A DNA stretch of 64,000 nucleotides from Balanoglossus misakiensis (Eukaryota; Animalia; Hemichordata): the NCBI GenBank assembly GCA_040954595.2, contig CM082596.2, positions 5,902,791 through 5,966,790 of the forward strand, in the 5' to 3' direction. Position 1 is the first letter of the stretch. Every line of letters begins with the position of its first letter. Position numbers and translations under genes: made by a program. Under the pieces are notes generated by a model that was given only the letters and a program-made list of their open reading frames with translations, ran no database searches and had not been told where the DNA came from. Shown here one piece after another: positions 46,278 through 59,700 of the stretch.

Positions 46278-49200
46278 ATGGAGAACAAAGCGTTAACACT
46301 CGACGAGGCAGATTTCAACCAGGTAGGATTTTACCCTGTGTTAATAGATACGGGGAAAAACAACTCAAATTTGCGTTTTCAATTCTGAAATTAACACGGT
46401 ATCCAACTCGCCCGCTTCGCGCCAAAATCGCAAGTTATGATTTTTTTCTCTGAAAATGGCAATATTCGGTCATGAAAAGTGGCCTGTCAACGCTTTATTA
46501 CGACTCGACAGTGGTTTATGAAATGAGCGGCGTCATTATACTCGCGCGAACGCTGCCGGATTTCATTTTTTCCTGTAATGTACATGTATGTGTCCATTGT
46601 TTCACCATGTGACACCACTTAAAAAGAGTTCAGTGGGGCGACCTCGCTCGTATACATCTAAGTATTTTGACACGTTCCAGTTGTAACCCCACGGTCTTCT
46701 TGGAAAACGGATCGGTCTCAGAAAGCGGAACTATGTTGTGAGAACATCGAACCAAATATCGTGACACCACGATTGGCCGGGGGGTTGCTACGGACCGGAC
46801 ACATATCACTAGAAAGTCAGAATACATGATCAAACAATGAGTTTGCCAGCTGACAAAAACACTTTCCGGTGCATTTTCAATGGGTACCTGTTTCTTTTTC
46901 GTTTTTTTTTCCGCGACGGGCTTTTCGAACACTTTGACGACAGCATCGATCAGGCCTTGATCAAAAACTTTTGTGGGGAAGATCCATGTCCCCGACGAAC
47001 GTGTCACTATATAGCACAGCTTTCACTCCACACAAAGACTGACAGAGTGTAATCGATGAATTCTCAGTCTGGGGCTAGGTACATGTATTCATTATGGACC
47101 CGAATATATCATGCATATACGGTGTGACTGGTTCCATCAGTCATTTTAATACAATCGCACTGTACAATGCATCCAGGTAAAAAACGCCTGTGGTGCCCTG
47201 AAAACGTCAGATGCAATTACAGTAAGAACTGAGTCGACCTAAAAGTACAAGTGCCATCGATCTCTGCAACAAAGTACAATTAATTGGATTCTCCATCATG
47301 CGTTCAGCGAGTGCCATGACGTTCTCTGATTGGGCAGTTGCGCAATGCAACCCAAAACAATAGGACTACAAGTGGACGAATCAGCATGCAGAGCAAAGTG
47401 TGACGTGATTTACTTCTTGTACTTTCGTTGGAACAGCGAAAACACATTTTGGTAAAAACAATAAACAATATCGTGACACTATTTCCAATAAACAAAAGTC
47501 GTGATTTGTGTTTAAAGTGCATGCATCCGCATTTTCTTGTAGGGGCAAACGTCCGTCTCGGTCCAAGTAGATTTTGACGAAGACTCTTTTGGTGAAGAGC
47601 AGGAACCACCTGTTGATGGCGCCAACTTGAAATCCATCGAACCACCGCCTGCTTACGGAGAAGATGAAGACTACACCAAGGCAAAAGAGGCCATCGGGGA
47701 GGTGGTGAAGGAGGAAGAAAAACCCTACGATCCTTGGGACCTGCCTGAGCTGAAGGACACCGGCAAACCATGGTCGGGTGAGTATCTGTGCCAGGTTTAA
47801 ATAAGTGGCGGGAGATGACGAAAGCTGCGCGCGCGGGCGTGATTTGCGTAAGCTGTTAAGGTGACCCAAACCAAGGACAAGTTCCTGAGGCGAGGGAATC
47901 CTTGTACCGCCTGGCTGAGACGGAGACGAGGCGCACCCACAAAGGGGATGGCGGGTAAAAAGAAAGTTGGGCAGACAGCGTCCCTGACCCATTTGCCGCA
48001 CCCATTGCTCGGACAGAATCCCGCCAAAACGGGTTGTTGGCCTTGGATGACGGTGCACAAGTACTTAAAAGTACAATCTTATGCCATAATGACTGAATTA
48101 CACATTTATGGAAACAATATAGACAGAAGACCTTATGAATGGGTGACGGCTAAAATTGGCGACTATTCCGACAAACACGTTAATGTACATGTAAAATTCG
48201 TTACAGAACTTTCCTGTTGTCAAAAAGTCTGGAAGGTTGTCCAAGATGGTATCATCAAGATTGCGCTGCTGCTGGGACTGCTGTATCTCTTCATCTGTTC
48301 ACTGGACTTCCTCAGCTCGGCGTTTCGTCTCCTCGGGGGAAAGGCGGCAGGAGAGGCCATCGGGAGCAGCATCGTTTCCACCAACCCCATCTGCGGGCTG
48401 ATGGTCGGTGTCCTGGCAACCGTCTTGGTCCAGAGCTCCAGTACGACCACGTCTATTGTCGTCTCCATGGTGGCGTCTGGCAGTGAGTATTCTCTTGGTT
48501 TTCGACAACTTTATCGCCCTATTGGCCTAAGTTTGCGGTTTTGAATTAATAGGCTTTTGCTATTTGCTGAGTTGTAAAAATCTCGTGTGGTCGACCGAAG
48601 ATGGCGGAAATCTGCCATGTTTAACAAACGGAAGTTCACGAGTGAAATTGGCCTAATGTTGAGTTACAATGAAATGTTGTAGGAGAAAAATAACAAAATG
48701 TAAAAAAAAAGTTAAACGAATTATATATGCTAACAACTGAGATAGAACACTTTTACACAGAGAGAAGTCATGCAATACAGGTAACCTATCATCTGTTCAA
48801 AGTCTTGCTACAGTGAGTGGTCGACATTTTTACCCACAATGCAATTACATTCTCCGCCCGAAATATTTTGATGAACGAACTCCATCCTCTTTTGAAAGTA
48901 CTAACAAATGTTGTTTGCTCGTGTTTGTACTAAAGGGAGAATTGGCATTTCTAGACTTCAGTTCAGGACCCGAAAAACATTAATTTTCCGTTGGTGTCAG
49001 TCGAGGTCTTGTCACATTGTTTCTAGCAGACAGCGTGACCATTTCTGGACATCCTAATTGCCTCAATTGAAACGCCGGAAGAATGTGGAGATAGATGGTG
49101 TTTGGCACGCAACCAAACAAACGCAAGAAAAATGACATAACTTCCTAAGATATGCCAATCAACAAAAGTTAGGGCCCTGGGAAAGGGGAATGGATGATCA

Positions 49201-52200
49201 GCATACAATGAAAACAGTTTGTATCTGGAACACAGAATTAGGCTACACGCAGCGAGCAAAATAATAAATAGCCTCTGATTGGTCTGGGACTGGTATATTG
49301 GTCCCAGGTTGGGTTTGTATCACATATTGTTCAGGCATACATATATTTTACCAGGACCTTGTCAGTGATCCCCATTTAGGCAGATATGTCAGGTTTAAGT
49401 GTCAACTGTTTGAGTGGTTCTCCGTTTAATGAGCTGATAGATCTCGCTAGTGACTGGCAAGGCATAATCGCGAACTTTAGTGGGATAACACAAGATGACT
49501 TGTGATGCTATGAAAGCCACCAAAACGATAATAAAACGTGGCGACTAATTTGGCCCAATGACATAAAAAAGTAACGACACAATTTGCAGACGTGAGGGAT
49601 TTCACTGCCGCTTCCCTGTCCTGACATGAAACCTCTGAGGACAAGTCACCTTGATGAGGTGACGTATTGAAGTTCGGGTGAACGACACCTCCATATTGTT
49701 CCGAGTGAATGAGCAGCTGCCCTCATTCAACATTAGTAGGCCATGTGGGCATCATGTGGACATGCACAGCGGAGCGGACTGAATAGTCGTGCCCGCCGAC
49801 AGTCGTTTTATTCATTATTGGTCGCCAGGCAAAAACGCAAAAGAAGGGGGCTTCACAAATCATTTCAGCGCTGTAACAATGGCGAATACCGCCGCGTAAA
49901 TACTAGTACGTCTCGAGGAGGGGGGGGGGGCTGTAACTAGAGTCTGGTGACCTTCCCCTGGGCCATGACCAGAATTTGCGAACATGCTCCACCTAACCCT
50001 CCTTCTCTGATACCTCTGAGTTACTACTTTCCTAAATTAACAATTTTTACCAAATGCATAAAAAGTCAATCAGATTGCGAACACGGACCCCCAAACAGTA
50101 AAGTCATGTTAACAAACTACTTTGAGTGATTAAAAAAACGGAAGATTCTCTAAACTGTTGGTCAGGGAAGTTCAGTGTGACTGTTACACAATACTCTTCA
50201 AACAATGCATCCCGGTAACTTTAAAATACTTAATTTTCCCATTTTTTTATTACAATGTACTTTCAGTTCTTGACGTCATTCCTGCCATACCCATAGTAAT
50301 GGGGGCCAATATCGGTACATCGGTCACCAACACGATCGTCGCTCTCTTCCAAGCCGGCGACAGGGACGAGTTCCGGCGGGCTTTTGCCGGGGCTACCGTT
50401 CACGACATGTTCAACTGGCTGTCCGTCATCGTGTTACTCGTAATCGAGATCATCACCAGTTACCTCTACCACCTGACCAAGGCCATCGTCAACTCTCTCG
50501 ACCTGAAAACCAACGAGGACGTGGATGTCGAACTTCTGAAGGTTGTCACCAAGCCATTCACCAGCCTCGTCATTCAGGTACTGTAACTAGAGAAAATCTC
50601 CGCCATAGTTTTTCATGTCCGTAATATGCATGCCAAAAGCATCATGCGAAAAACTAACACAAAACGAAGAAGGGTCCCACTTTCACCTGCAAAAGTATCC
50701 AGAATAGATTGAATCCAAGTTGACTATTCTGAAAAAGGGTAACTGAAAGATGGTTTCAACAAAAGTTACTGCAAGATTTAAGAGGTCGTTTCCTCAACCA
50801 GCCGAACAGTTGGGTTAGAGTACCCTTCCATATAACCACTCTGGGCTATAAATAACGACTCCCAGGTAACCCCAACTTTACTGAAACACCTCAATCCTTT
50901 CTTGCGATACAGATCGACAAGAAGGTCATCACAAACATCGCAAAAGGCGACGAAAGCGCCCTCTCCAAAAGCCTGGTCAAGGAATGGTGCATCAAAGACG
51001 AAGTGGAGCAAACGTTCCTGGCCAACGTCACGGAACTTCGCAACGTCACAGTCAACGGGACTGTGATTCCGACCAACGTAACATTTCTCGCAAACGTCAC
51101 CGAGACGGTAACAGTCAACATCGAACGCTGTAAGTTATCATTCCTTTCCCAGTGGCTGTGTTTGGCCGTATATAGTCTTGCATTCCTTCTTGAAACTGGT
51201 GTGACGTGCTCTGAGTTGCCAACACCTTCACAAACAAGCCGGTCTGATGTGTCGTGATTATAACTTTCCTAAATGAATGATGTGAAACAGCGACATTTCT
51301 GGTAATACTTTTGTCCGGACAATTGCTCAAAACTGCCAAGCCAGACTTGACAGTTCAACGGACAGAAGTCAAAAACGCATCTTGAATATAACTCTAACAA
51401 ATATGTCACTTATATTTTCAGGTAAATTTCTCTTTTATGACCTGAAGTTCAAGCACATGTTGACGGACTCGCAGATTGGCATCGTCACCTTGGTAGCGGC
51501 TCTGGTCATCCTCTGCGTGTGTTTGGTCCTCATCGTCAAACTTCTCCACTCGCTGCTCAAGGGACAGATCGCCGTCATCACGAAGAAGGTGATCAACTCG
51601 GACTTCCCGGGTCGCCTCGCCTGGCTGACGGGCTACATAGCTATCCTGGTCGGCGCCGGGCTCACCATGTTGGTGCAGAGCAGCTCCATATTCACCTCGG
51701 CCATCACGCCCCTCGTCGGCATCGGTGTCATCAGCGTCGAGAGGATGTACCCGTTCACCCTGGGCGCCAACATCGGCACGACGTTCACGGCCATCCTGGC
51801 GGCGCTGGCGAGCTCCGGCGGCAAACTGGCGGCGGCGCTGCAGATCGCCCTGTGCCACTTCTTCTTCAACATCAGCGGCATCCTCATCTGGTACCCCGTC
51901 CCGTTCATGCGCAAAGTGCCCGTCTACCTGGCGAAGATGAACGGCAACACCACGGCCAAGTACCGCTGGTTCGCCATCTTCTACCTCCTGGTGATGTTCT
52001 TCCTTCTTCCCGCCGCCACGTTCGGCCTGTCGCTGGCCGGCTGGCCGTACCTGGGCTCCGTCGGGATCCTCTTCTTGCTCCTCCTGGCCTTCATCGTCAT
52101 CGTGAACGTTCTACAAGAGAAGCGCCCGAACTCGCTGCCCAGAAAATTGAGAAACTGGGACTTTCTGCCTCTGTGGCTGCACTCGCTCGAGCCCCTCGAC

Positions 52201-52374
52201 CGCATTCTGACAAAAATGGTCGGGTGGAAGTTCTGTCAGCAGTGTTGCTCAAAATGCACGGAAAGCGACAATACGACAGATGACAACGTCACCCACGAGA
52301 TGCAGGGCATTGATTTACATAGTAGTAGCTCAATCACCCAAAGTGAAAAACCAAACCCCATGAATGTCGTGTAG
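46278..52374 (+). CDS. SLC34A2: Type II sodium-dependent phosphate cotransporter (NaPi-II, SLC34A2-like), 678 aa
   Basis: Exons 46278-46322, 47543-47777, 48207-48482, 50267-50577, 50913-51129, 51422-52374 (2037 nt). Motifs [32 protein letters not shown], two QSSS motifs ([22 protein letters not shown]), [56 protein letters not shown]. Paralogue assignment within SLC34 is by resemblance only. Confidence 0.95.
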
Positions 52375-54192
52375 ATTCCTGAACACAGACAGTGTTGATA
52401 TCAGTGGACAATTTGGGCGATAGGAAACCCCAGAATGACCAGACCAAAATTTTATCTTCTGAGAAAATATACTGAAACGTACTGATTTTCTCAGATCTGT
52501 CCCTCCAGAAGACCGCCTAAAACATAGGGACATAAAATAAAGATGGCACGGCCATTGGCATTATGTTTGTCGCCGTTTGCACAATAAAAGTTATTGTAAG
52601 TTAAGCTTCGCCAAATGCGAGTCCTGACCAAAAATCGCAAACCCCCAATGCATGTAAAACCATGTCTTCAACGTACAAAACAGAAATGATATACTCCAGA
52701 GGCATTAGCGTTTGATATTTTCGATATTTTGCTCTATCGATCAGTGGTCAAAACTACCAAAAGCAGGTATAATCATGTAACCAAAAAAGGAGTTTCCGTG
52801 AATTTTATTTTTTAAGGATTTAAAATGTTAAAAAAAAAACTTGACGCATGTGATAAACAATGCTTGCGTGAGTGTGTATAATGTATGTGTATGTGTCTGA
52901 TTGGGAGAGATGGGGGTGCCCTGATATAGGATTCATAAGGCATTAATGAATTTTAATTTATTCAGAATAAGTGGTTGATCGATCACGCCGCAATTTGATA
53001 TGCAAATAATTGCAAAAATCTATAGCCTACACGAAGTTTGATTGGACTGCCTAAACACATTAAAAAAGACTGACCAATGAAACGTCTTCTGGGGCGCTTA
53101 ATATTGCTTACTGCCTTGTGGCAATTGACCCTTGACCTTTAATATCAGTGGTCAACAGGGAAATAGTGTCCAAAATGGAACCATAAAGGGTTCATAACTT
53201 TATGAGTACATGTACTTTCCTTTTTACCGAATAATGGTACTGGAAGTTGTATGTATGTGTGTATGTGTGTTATATGAATATGTATGTATGTATGTGTGCG
53301 TGTGTGTGAGGGGGGGGGGGGAGGATACTACAGTCTACAGACTAACCTGAAATAAGTTTTATTCCTGCAGTTTTTAAGGTCATGCGACTATCGCCAAAAG
53401 TGGTTGTCGGTTTACCAAAATCCGCTATTCAAGAGTTGTTTTCATGAACTGTAATGTAAGACCCTTGTTTCGTTAACATGTGTTCCATGTACTTTTTCAC
53501 ATTTGAGCAGTCTGTCAGTTTTCACATACTTTCCATTATCCCAGTTTGATGAATTTTGAGAAAAAACGGTAAGGTTTAATTTTGGGTTTCATTTCGTTGT
53601 CATCCAGAAATATCGGCCTTTAGATATGTAGGAGTCGACTCTCCGTCATTCATTTACTAGATCACAGTCACTCGAACACAGTGACCAGATTTATCATTCT
53701 GTTCCTCACCTTCAGTACATGTACTTCAAAATTTCTTTTATGTTTGAATATATATGAAAGAAGTCATTTTTGACTCTAAACTATGTATTTTTCTTGCCTT
53801 TTGCAATGGTGTATCACAGAGGTATAAGAATAAAAATGTTTATTTTGTTTTGCGAAAAAAAAACATGTTTTGCGTGTGTTCTGTATCAGTATATCGCCCT
53901 CAGCGACCGAGTGCTCTGTCCTTTCTTTTGGGCTGTATTTCAATGTTGGACATAAGAACTTTGCTTAGCACAGTTATTTAAAGCTTGCAGTGTCTCAGAG
54001 TTTTGAAGTTTACAATCAGGACTGGTGTGTGGTGTATTGCCTTTGGCCACGCGCGTCCGCAGGAGACCACCATTATGGCAGTATTCACTTTCGCGCAAGA
54101 TCAGAAATCCGATGACATATTTCATTACAAGCTTCTAAACACACACATTCTACCAAACACAGAAGGCTATGAATAAAATAGACAGTACTTAC

Positions 54193-55056
54193 AACTTGAA
54201 CTTGGACATCTGTGTTCCATGGATTGGTAGGAAGCCTTTGGTGTCCTTCAAAATGGAAGCAACCTGGGGTCCACATAACCTAGCAAAAGGGGAGTGCATA
54301 TACATTATGTTGCGTATATTTTTGCAAGACTTGCAAATAGAAAATACAAATGAAGATGGCTTCTGATACAATGTTGAGTTAACACCTATAGCAGCGAACA
54401 GGATTGACTATCATCTTAAATTTCAGTTGTATATTTCTTCCTTGAAAGTTAACTTTATGTTATCAATGGATAACCTTTAGCATAAAACGCAGTCTTTAAA
54501 ATAGAAAAATAGAAGTAAACCGTACCGTTGGTCTATAGGGATGCCAGAGTGTAACCAGGGGCTGGAGTTTAACATCACCTGTCAAATATAAAAGGGAGAG
54601 TAAATTATGTAAGGTGCCAAACAAGACTGGCAACCCACAGAGCAGTATGTTCGATGACGAATTTCATAGGACCAGCAAGATATTTCATTTTTATGGTGGG
54701 CAAATATAAGATGTACATTATGTGAGAAACTGAGGTCTACATGTATCAATCCCTAAACATGACTCCTTGCTAGTTCCATTATAAGATTTTACGTTCGCTC
54801 AACTCTTCCATGTTTATTAATGCTATTTACTAGATGAGTCTGAACATGTTTGTAGTGACATTGACAACTTAGAAATTCTGATTTTTAAATATTTAAAATG
54901 CGAAATTGAGATTGATCTTGTTGTTGGTATAAATGATGAACATATAGAATAAAGACTTACCTTCAGGATTACTGGCCAAATCTCTGCAAGCCACTGCTGG
55001 TGCTCGGTGAACTTCGTGGCATAGAGCCTGCCCTCTACGTTTTCATCAAATGCCAT
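54193..55056 (-). CDS. Candidate small spliced transcript or ORF of unknown function
   Basis: Exons 55056-54961 (AAG|GTAAGT), 54578-54526 (tttgacag| ... CG|GTACGG), 54279-54193 (ttttgctag| ... |GTAAGT); open when joined; 3' end unresolved. Confidence 0.3.
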
Positions 55057-56763
55057 TTGAAGAAAACTCACAGTGGAGAGATACCAACATACCAATTGCT
55101 GTTTACAACAGTCCAGGGTCCTTAAAGCAGTTTCTCTTACAACACAAAACAATACAGCACAGCACAGACAATGAAAGCACACAGAATGAAGTCAAGGAAA
55201 AAAGACAGATAGACTTCTGGGAAAAAGACAAAGAAGTGATGTCAAGTATCTTGAAGATGCAAGGATATCCCGCCCCACATGAGCCACTCACATTACATCA
55301 GTCTCCAAGTTAAAATAAGAAGCAGTCATGTCTCACTAAATATAAATGTCACCAGACTATCTAGTCTTAAAATGGGACCATCTTCCCTATATACTCTATG
55401 CAAGTAACATGGTTGAAAGGCAACAGGCTTAATTTGATTCTCTATCTGCACTTTACCATATACAGCAATGTGCATATCGTGGAGTTGCACAGTTTAGAAC
55501 TACAGTAGTCATCTATGTTCAAAGTATGACATGATTTCATTGGTTTTGCAAAAGTTGCAGTACAATTTGATATTCTATCTGGCCACATTAAACCCCCACT
55601 TCTCATGAGTCAATAAACGTGACACTGAATACATGTACCGGTAGTTCTTGTTAAAGGGTGGGTATGGGTCCCATATGACACAGTTGCTAAGCAAGTCAAA
55701 GTAGGTGCAAAGTGTATCAGTTACAATGTGCATTATTAAAGTTAAAGACAATACATGTACAGACAATCACATTTCCAATTTTCTTTGACATAACAAGAGG
55801 GTCTCCCCTCAACAGTGAAGAGGGAACAGTGCTGATGATGTGCTTAGAAACAGAAAAGTTACATGTGAAGTTTAGACCACCTACCCCTTTAAGATTTCAT
55901 GACACTTTTATTTGAAAATGCCATACATTTCTGCAAAAAACAGTATTGCTGGACATCGTGCATACACACAGAGAATACAGATGGGGTAGACAGAGACGCA
56001 AAATCAAACTTTTCCATCACAAAAATATTCTAAGGATATCACATTCAGCCAGTCAAAATCACAATCCAATTTGTTTACATAAATATATTACAAATATTCC
56101 AAATCAATACAATTCAGTTTGGTGGTGTCTGAAATATGATTGTGACAATATCATGGATACCGAAAAGAATACATTCATCTTACTTCGATGAGTCACGTTT
56201 GTTTTGCCAAAACAAGAATTCCCAATACATCAAATGTTAAAAATACAGATTTTATGATATATCTTGTTTTATCACACAATGTGGACACAATGTCATCCTG
56301 GTTTTCTGTGGCCTTCCTTGTGATTTTTATCCCTTCAGATCAGATTTCAATGTACAATTTCCTCAAACTTTACGGATATTTACACAAATACAATTTCCTA
56401 ATCTACGCAATTCTACATAATACTGTACAAGCAAACATTATTTTTGTGTGTATTTTATTGAAGTTTTCTCGAAATTAATTATTTGCCGTTTCCAATATTC
56501 TTGAGTCAATGTCTAAGCTTCCTGAAAACAGCCATGTTAAATGGTAGTTAAAAATGTGCACGAGTATATCACAGTAAAACCAAGAATGGCTAAAAATAGC
56601 AAATAGATTATTTACAGGTTTGGTTTAAAAATAATTGTATATAAGTAAAAATATTCAATTTCGCAGACATTCATGCCGATAAAGAACACCAGATCAGTTT
56701 GGACGGAGCTGACTTGATTTGAGGTATTCCCTAACTCTATCTGAAATCCGGAGGTGGATGCTA

Positions 56764-59700
56764 TCACTTGGAAATTGTGACCCTAGATGCCTGACTGTGT
56801 GAGACCTTGGAGCCTGCGCTGTCTGGTCTGCGGGATTCCGATCTGGTGGAGTCCGCATCCGTCTTCGTCCTGGCCGACGCTGGTGTGCTGGCGGCGCTGA
56901 TTCTGAGGCTGGGCGCCGTGGTGGGCGCCCCGATCTGTATAGAGGGCTGGGGGCTGGGTGAGGGGTCCTTTGGGGGCAGGGCCACCATCCGGGGTCTGGC
57001 CGTCAGGTTGATGAGGCCCGTGCTCGCCTCCAGGACGATGTTGTGGATGGCGTTCTCCAGCACAGCTTCCAGGACAGAACCAAACTCGGGCAATCTGAAA
57101 CAAGATCCAAACATTTTCAGAAATTCAGTCGCCCTCTAAAACTATGCAGCCATATCGCTTGATCTGTACCATCATCAAGTCTGGTGTTTGGTGTAGTGTT
57201 AGATGAGGTAGTGTAATTTCTAGGTGAATCAATTCTAAAAAATCTAAGGGATGGAAAAATAACATCTAGTTTACAAATATAACACAAATCTTCATAGAAT
57301 GTTTTACTTTCAATTTGGATAAATTTCAAGAAACAAGCATAACCATGACAGTGGGGAGATTGAGAGTGAATTGAAGGTGTCACCTCTTCAGTGTCTGTCG
57401 ATCTGTCAGATGTTTCTCCTCTTGCATACTCTGTTGATATTGTAGTTCAGTTTCAGCCGCAGCTCTCGACGCCAGCATTTCGGCGCTGTGTTCTGCGGGC
57501 GCGACCTCTTCATCCTCCTCGGGTGACCTTGCGATGGGAAGGTCGGTCTCCTCAAAGGTCTCGTCGTGATCAATAACCATGACGTCTTCCGTGGGTGTCG
57601 TCGGAGGTTGCTCTTCTACCGGACTGGGGGCCTTCTCCGAGACAATGCTGACGGTTTTGACAGACCCTCTTGATTCCATTGGACTGCCTGCCATGCTGGA
57701 TCGCTTCTTGACAGACTGCATCAGAAAAAAATACATTTACATGAATGATTCTGATAATGGCATCATCACAAGTGATTCAATCGGGAAGACCATGTTCTCT
57801 GAGGTAATGATTCACAGCAAACTTGGTACCTCTGATTTTCACGACAAATATACTGCCCCACACAGGTGTATCTGTGATGCAGTTCATAGCTAAACTATGC
57901 TCACTTTATGATAACATTACTTGAGAAATCGCACAGTGTCTAGTTGGCAGGAGTGACTCAATCTAGCTAACACATGACTGCAATAACACCAATCATGTCA
58001 AGATTCCCACTTTGAGTAGTTTAATCAGCAGTATAAACGTTAATGCTTTTAGTTTTACCCTCAGATGACGCTTTACATATACCGGTATTCAACTTCAACA
58101 TAGAAAACAACAGACTCAGGCCAACCCATGGGGGCAAAAGGGTTAAAATTTGAACAAAATGAAGATATCTGAATCAATGTTCAGAGCAAACCAAAGCCCC
58201 ACCTCTATCGATGCTGGCCTTTCTCCCTGTGACATCACTGGACTGGCGACCTTGGACAGAACGGGTGATCCCTCTTGTGCTGGGGACTTCGCGACCCCCT
58301 CCTCCTCCTCAGCTGCCACTGAGGGGGCTTCACCCACCTGAGGTATCGAGGTGGTGCGCGTGGGTCTGTCGCTGAACTGGCAGAAGTAGGGTATTGGTTC
58401 TTTGTGGATGTCTCTCAGGGCCTCGTGGAAGTCGTGGTCGTCAAGCAACCCTCTGCCAAAATAAAAATGCCCCCATAATATCATGTCAGCTTTCACAGGT
58501 TTTCTATGTGTTTATTTATGCATGTTATCTTAAACAGACTGTTGTAAGTTGAAGATAGAAGACTGTGACAATCCATAACATGGCATTCTATCTCCAGCAC
58601 AGACAAGCCAATTTTCAATGCTGGCAATTGCAACGACAGAAAGTACATACCTCAAGATGTTAGCCATGATGAAAGAAATGGTTTCTCTCTCCTCGGGATT
58701 GCAGGGTCCTAAAATCATCTCAGGTTGAGCGCCCCTCACGCTTGGACCTTGTTTTTCACTCATTGATCTGTGTCAGACAAGAAACACATTAATTAGTTGG
58801 AGGGCGTTGAAAACTGTCTCACATTCTACATTGTGATTGTAAACAGTTCAAAAAAAGGTATACAGGTATAGACTAATGGTCACAAATGTTTGCAAGCTGA
58901 GGGCAATTTTGGGCAGTTTAGTACACTTAAGCAGAAACTGTATATAGATTATACTACTGAATAAAAATTCTCAAGTTACAACATTTTTTAAACACCCACC
59001 TATCAATGAAGTAGTTCTGTACTTCATTGGGGAAGTTACTCTGGAACTCGGCGATCGTGTGCGTCCTTGACGTGATCCCCAGATGAAGCAGGAACGTTTC
59101 CGGTGGCTGTGGTCGGTTCCACAGCGGCGTTCCCGTCTCCGTCTTCCTCTCCCTCTCCAGCTGTTGGTCGATATCCTGTTCCGTCTTCTGGGGTCGGATC
59201 GGAGGGAGGGTCTGGTATTTCTTGAGGTCGGAATCCGAGTTGGATCTCTCGGACACGTCTGAGCCTTGTCTGGTGAGCTTCCGACAGTTTCGTACATTCC
59301 TCTGTTGTTGAAAGATACAACAATCTTCTATGATTTCTCAGACACACCAAGCGTTTAATCTCAGAGAGACACAGTCATTATTATTTCAACATTACCCAGC
59401 ATTTCAGTTAGTTCTCCTTCATGTGAGAAGATGGTATTTCCGATGTAGGAAACTCACCTCACGTTTCTCCAAATCTTTCTCTGTGATCGTAAATTCATAT
59501 TTCTGTCTTTCTTTCTCTGCTTCCCAGTCGGCCAGCTCTCTCCTGTATTCAGCCATCTCAGTCTCGTCAGTGATCTGTCAATCAATCAATCAATCAATCA
59601 ATGATTCAAAATCAATACACATTCAGGCTGTTATGAAATCGTGAATCTTTATTTGTGTTTTAATGGACCCCATACCAATAGCTTAGGAGAGGGGTCAATG

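Noticed and set aside
47304-48060. 155-aa and 225-aa minus-strand ORFs
   Set aside because: Antisense to SLC34 exon 2 and a GC-rich intron.
51418-52283. 254-aa alternative-frame and antisense ORFs in the last SLC34 exon
   Set aside because: By-product of very high GC3 codon usage.
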